This document shows, one piece after another, positions 61,201-64,000 of a stretch of DNA of 64,000 nt. Below the pieces are notes generated by a model that was not told the DNA's origin, made no database searches, and saw only the letters and a program-made list of their open reading frames with translations. Numbering within the stretch: position 1 is the stretch's first letter; every line of letters begins with the position of its first letter. The translations under genes were made by a program, and so were the position numbers. The stretch comes from Phoronis australis (lineage: Eukaryota; Animalia; Phoronida): NCBI GenBank assembly GCA_002633005.1, contig NMRA01000118.1, positions 682,707 to 746,706 of the forward strand, written 5' to 3'.

Positions 61201-63648
61201 CACGTTTTTTAAGTTTTAATATTACAACTTCAAAACCATTTATTAGATTCTAACTTAAATATTTGCTAAGAAAGCCGAATGCAATTTAGAATTGCTAAGT
61301 TTAAAATAAAACTATGAACGAAAACTAAATGAATTACTTTACATCGCAAATATATAGTCGCTGAGGTTGGCCAGTAGTCAAATCAATTAAACACAGAAAA
61401 ATCAGGAACCCCAACTGGGAATCGAACCCCAACTGGCAATCGAACCACAGGTCTCTAGATTGCCGGTCTAGTGCTGTCACCAGTGAGCTACTGAGAGCGC
61501 TACATCGGCAATCTACAGGAGCCTCGGGGTTTTGATGAAATTTCCAACTGAAGACGAGTGTAGGTTTCTCTATTTCTGTTGAATGCCAGCTGAAATCAGC
61601 AGAACTTATTTGTGTTCAAGTTCTTGTGTTGATGGTAGTTAGAAAAGTTGTTTCTTTTCTAACGTTTAACACCATGTACAGCTAGTCACATACATGTACA
61701 TTGTACAGGTCCTTCCTGCTAAGAGGTCAGTCAGTAGGAATGTTGGAGCATACGGACTGGAACTGTGGTAGACTTTTTGTCGACAAACCTTGTCGCATTG
61801 TGATGTGAAACGAACTTAAAACTCTGTTACAATATTGTCTTTTCAGTCTGACTATTGCACCTGAAGATGATATTTGACTAATAGCGAAACGTTGTTTTCA
61901 TGTTGCGCTCTAGCGTCGTTTTCGTTTTCCGCTTATTACTTGTACGCCAACCGTTTTAGACACCTCAGATCAAACTTGATCGATTCCATCGATGATAACA
62001 TGTTCTGCGGACTCCTTAAGCTAAAGGAACTTCGCTTGAAGTACAATTACATCAGAGATGCAACAATAAGTGAAAGCGCTTTCACCTGTATTCCAAACTT
62101 GGAGCTACTGTAAGTACTCAAGTTTTGTAAATAATTTAGAATGGTGAAAATCAGCTGTTTAACTCAATGTTACTTGCACGTTGAAAGAGTGCGACGTTGC
62201 GACCTTATCTCAAGGTCATCTTCGATCTGTTTGAGTCCAAAACACACTCGGCGCACCTCCTTTGAAATATCCCATGTGTNATTTTTGCCTGGTCTGAAGT
62301 GTACTGCACTCTTAAGCTAAAGGAACTTCGCTTGAAGTACAATTACATCAGAGATGCAACAATAAGTGAAAGCGCTTTCACCTGTATTCCAAACTTGGAG
62401 CTACTGTAAGTACTCAAGTTTTGTAAATAATTTAGAATGGTGAAAATCAGCTGTTTAACTCAATGTTACTTGCACGTTGAAAGAGTGCGACGTTGCGACC
62501 TTATCTCAAGGTCATCTTCGATCTGTTTGAGTCCAAAACACACTCGGCGCACCTCCTTTGAAATATCCCATGTGTGGCATCGGGGCCTTTAACAATTTGT
62601 CATGCGCACTGCTTGTCATACATGTATGATCCATACAGTGATTCGTGCTCGACAATAGGAACTAGACAATGGATGACCGTGTGGTTACCTCGTAAAACCT
62701 CTCTTTTCCACTGATTTCCAGAATAAATGTTGATTTCCTCTTTCGGATTACTTCATACTGTACATCAGTTTCCATGGTTCCAATCTTACATAAAATCTGT
62801 TCTGGTAAGCTAGTAGGGCCTACACAGACAACATTTATGTCAAATTTGAAGCTATGTATTTAATCGTGCCTACTTAGTTTAGCCAAAGAACTCAAGGACT
62901 GGAATGTTAGCTTGAATCACGCGGCGTGGCTGAGTATTCCCCAAGCATGCATGGCAGTTGTTTGCTTTCAGTACTGTCTCTTACAAGTGATATCATAGAC
63001 CTTTTTGTGGAATTTTTTGTTTTGTCTAGCGAAGTAAATTTAGAACTGTTGCTACGAAAAACTTCCTCTGAACAAATGTCATCAATATATTTTTTGAACA
63101 TTTCGCGTTCTAATTGTCCTAAACATTGTCAATCGGAAGATTAACTGGCTTTGTCAAATGTAGATCAGGGAGCGGGTTTAGTAAATGCACGTTTAAATTA
63201 TCCAAGACCCCCTACTTAGTGATTCCGTGTGGACAAGAATGACGAAATGAAAATGAAGCAATAACAGTCGTCTTGTGTGATAACGACAAATCTCGATCAA
63301 GCAGTCGAGAAGACAACCGGAAATTCACAGTGCAAACTCTACGGTAATCCCACAAAATCGCAGGTCGCAAGCTCTAACACGAATAGTGTATGAATCACAC
63401 GTGCGTTTTGACATCCCATTCTTACAGTCCTGTGATTTAGCACATGATGAAACATGTGATTCTTAGTGCGTTGCACAAATAAATGCTGTGCTTTACAGAG
63501 ATCTAACATCTAATAGAATACAGTACGTTCCGAAGTGCATGACACGTGCTGATTGTCTGCCGTCCATCAGGACTCTCCTGTTGTCTGCAAACGAAATGAC
63601 TTTCCTGCTGACCGGATCCTTTAGAAATCTGACAACTCTAGGGACGTT
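41990..63648 (+). CDS. Gene 2: secreted or cell-surface LRR protein, 3'-truncated (14 coding exons, about 480 aa); possible second mega-thrombospondin
   Basis: Signal peptide MDLIRLTLSLLLVITSVVRS, Cys cap CSGCTC...C, then LRR exons, all phase 2-2 with lengths that are multiples of 3; no stop codon within the window. Confidence 0.82.
43039..43271. mobile_element. MITE family A copy (reverse orientation)
   Basis: catgcgcgcacccag...gaaggctgggtgcg; reverse complement of the 9676 copy. Confidence 0.75.
43341..43580. mobile_element. MITE family A copy (reverse orientation), TSD tattg/tattt
   Basis: catgcgtgaaccc...ggttgcgcgcatg. Confidence 0.75.
44131..44233 (+). CDS. Gene 2 exon: LRR N-terminal Cys cap
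   Basis: DEDNGLETGQHYSSQSCSGCTCANNEVKNCNATSV; phases 1-2. Confidence 0.82.
44472..44537 (+). CDS. Gene 2 exon: degenerate LRR
   Basis: tgcag|A...AT|gtaagt; TISSITFHSVTDSTFGSNVQRI; 66 nt (an alternative acceptor at 44498 is possible). Confidence 0.6.
45147..45221 (+). CDS. Gene 2 exon: LRR
   Basis: SIMYCPTFTKIAPGSFKRVVNLQYL; 75 nt. Confidence 0.85.
45586..48610 (+). mobile_element. Decayed DNA transposon of about 3 kb, Academ-like, in a gene 2 intron
   Basis: Inverted repeats tcaggaaaacaaaatta...ttcaagatgg...cgccatcttgaatttcg at 45637-45727 and 48519-48575; broken internal frames LNEDDWKKIAEE...HPL...LHNICN, ETLFSCLVAVGQQ...IF/QYEL. Family assigned from memory of motifs; outer ends approximate. 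Confidence 0.5.
48861..48923 (+). CDS. Gene 2 exon: LRR
   Basis: RIQNTGITFFPDLSSTRLKIL; 63 nt. Confidence 0.85.
49255..49630. repeat. (TA)n tracts plus degenerate atatata(c/g)ccc minisatellite
   Basis: Direct reading: (TA)n at 49255-49288 and about 49332-49348, then repeated units of about 17 nt. Confidence 0.8.
49892..49930 (-). ncRNA. Minimal hammerhead ribozyme motif (Penelope-like), antisense to gene 2
   Basis: Reverse strand: tc-CTGATGA-t-gtctt...aagac-GAAA-cg-TT-ga. Confidence 0.6.
51060..51186. mobile_element. MITE family B copy, 5-bp TSD CAAAC
   Basis: caaac|cagtggcagattta...ctggatccgaccctg|caaac. Confidence 0.8.
52278..52355 (+). CDS. Gene 2 exon: LRR
   Basis: NLAHNNIQFLKHSYVRQKLPNTLTHV; 78 nt. 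Confidence 0.85.
53513..53654. mobile_element. MITE family B copy, TSD acgct/actct
   Basis: cagtggcggatttag...ctggatctgcccctg; homologous to the 51060 copy. Confidence 0.78.
54538..54678 (+). CDS. Gene 2 exon: two LRRs
   Basis: SLAHNSIQWLPDKLF...LSLANNDLRTVPSDSLTGMSSLEYL. Confidence 0.92.
56867..56938 (+). CDS. Gene 2 exon: LRR
   Basis: NVHGNLLTSIERGALKEIPRLKIL; 72 nt. Confidence 0.9.
58070..58132 (+). CDS. Gene 2 exon: LRR
   Basis: ELQQNSLDTIAFQDLLELLHL; 63 nt. Confidence 0.85.
58244..58277. repeat. Interstitial telomeric repeat (CCCTAA)5
   Basis: Direct reading. Confidence 0.9.
58900..59052 (+). CDS. Gene 2 exon: two LRRs
   Basis: DLSSNKLQVVNSKALVNLPKLKTLHLDSQNPGLETIMYDAFTGIGASLENL. 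Confidence 0.92.
59637..59714 (+). CDS. Gene 2 exon: LRR
   Basis: WIKNNAFKTFPHQVMSEDFYPALKTI; 78 nt. Confidence 0.85.
60192..60326 (+). CDS. Gene 2 exon: LRR with insertion
   Basis: HAENNRFKNMSEY...PFKTMPNVQFL; 135 nt. Confidence 0.82.
60664..60725. repeat. Perfect 26-bp inverted repeat (hairpin)
   Basis: tggtttacagttgttctttaatgttg / caacattaaagaacaactgtaaacca with a 10-nt spacer. Confidence 0.9.
61405..61495 (-). mobile_element. tRNA-derived SINE head or tRNA pseudogene with duplicated B box
   Basis: Reverse strand: tagctcactggtgacagcac (A box), ctaga-ccggcaa-tctag anticodon-like arm, ggttcgattgcc then ggttcgattccc; no proper acceptor stem. Confidence 0.6.
61858..61896 (+). ncRNA. Degenerate minimal hammerhead motif
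   Basis: ac-CTGAAGA-t-gatatt...aatagc-GAAA-cg-TT-gt; one mismatch in stem II. Confidence 0.45.
61960..62109 (+). CDS. Gene 2 exon: two LRRs
   Basis: HLRSNLIDSIDDNMFCGLLKLKELRLKYNYIRDATISESAFTCIPNLELL; the 3' part is repeated after the N at 62280. Confidence 0.92.
63499..63648 (+). CDS. Gene 2 exon: two LRRs (last in window)
   Basis: DLTSNRIQYVPKC...LLLSANEMTFLLTGSFRNLTTLGTL. Confidence 0.9.
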
Positions 63649-64000
63649 GTAAGTACACTGTAACTACATTTTCTGTAGCTACGAAGTCTAATAAATCAGT
63701 GGCTGTACACTTACCCGAAGCCACCACAGCTTAGGTCTACAAAAGGAATCGCTCATGAATACTGCAGGTTCACTTCATCTGATACAAGAATCTATGACGG
63801 CTGATGATCCTGGGATTGAAAAATTGGGATGGAGCATGAGAGAAAAGCCAATTTGTCGCTAAATTGGCTACCGCATGCATAATGTGATATTGTAACTGTA
63901 AATGCAAATTTAAATGTGAATGTCAATGGCTAGTTCATAATGATCTAGCCGAGGTATTTTTTTTTCTCAATGTTAAGTGGAAATGTACAGTATATGCGGT

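Noticed and set aside
61405-61495. Functional tRNA-Ala(GGC)
   Set aside because: No acceptor stem, duplicated T-arm, and an anticodon atypical for eukaryotes; treated as SINE-derived.
62308-62406. Extra LRR exon
   Set aside because: Partial, near-identical copy after N62280 that lacks the acceptor; an assembly overlap.

Overview
Eukaryotic (metazoan invertebrate) genomic DNA, AT-rich and intron-rich, with an interstitial (CCCTAA)n tract. There are no prokaryotic operons, CRISPR arrays or rRNA genes, and most short ORFs in the track are exon fragments or noise. Two large spliced genes on the + strand were assembled by hand from GT-AG junctions with consistent phase. Gene 1 (1505-28795) is 5'-truncated, with 38 coding exons and about 2150 aa in the window. 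It is a mega-thrombospondin-type protein: LRRs, LRRCT, FN3-like, fibro-slime/PA14, two atypical cadherin repeats, F5/8C discoidin, Cys-rich GCC2/GCC3 repeats, 4 EGF, TSP type-3 repeats, TSP C-terminal L-lectin, then LamG. It ends in [15 protein letters not shown], a proprotein-convertase site just upstream of a KDEL-like ER-retrieval signal; this is the most striking observation. Gene 2 (ATG at 41990, running past the window end; 14 exons, about 480 aa) is a signal-peptide + LRR protein, possibly a tandem mega-TSP paralogue. Introns and the intergenic region carry two MITE families with 5-bp TSDs, a nested TIR element, a decayed Academ-like transposon, three Penelope-type minimal hammerhead ribozyme motifs, a tRNA-derived SINE head and microsatellites. 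There are four single-N contig joins; three are flanked by direct near-duplicates that are probably uncollapsed haplotypes or overlaps. Family assignments come from motif recognition, not database searches.
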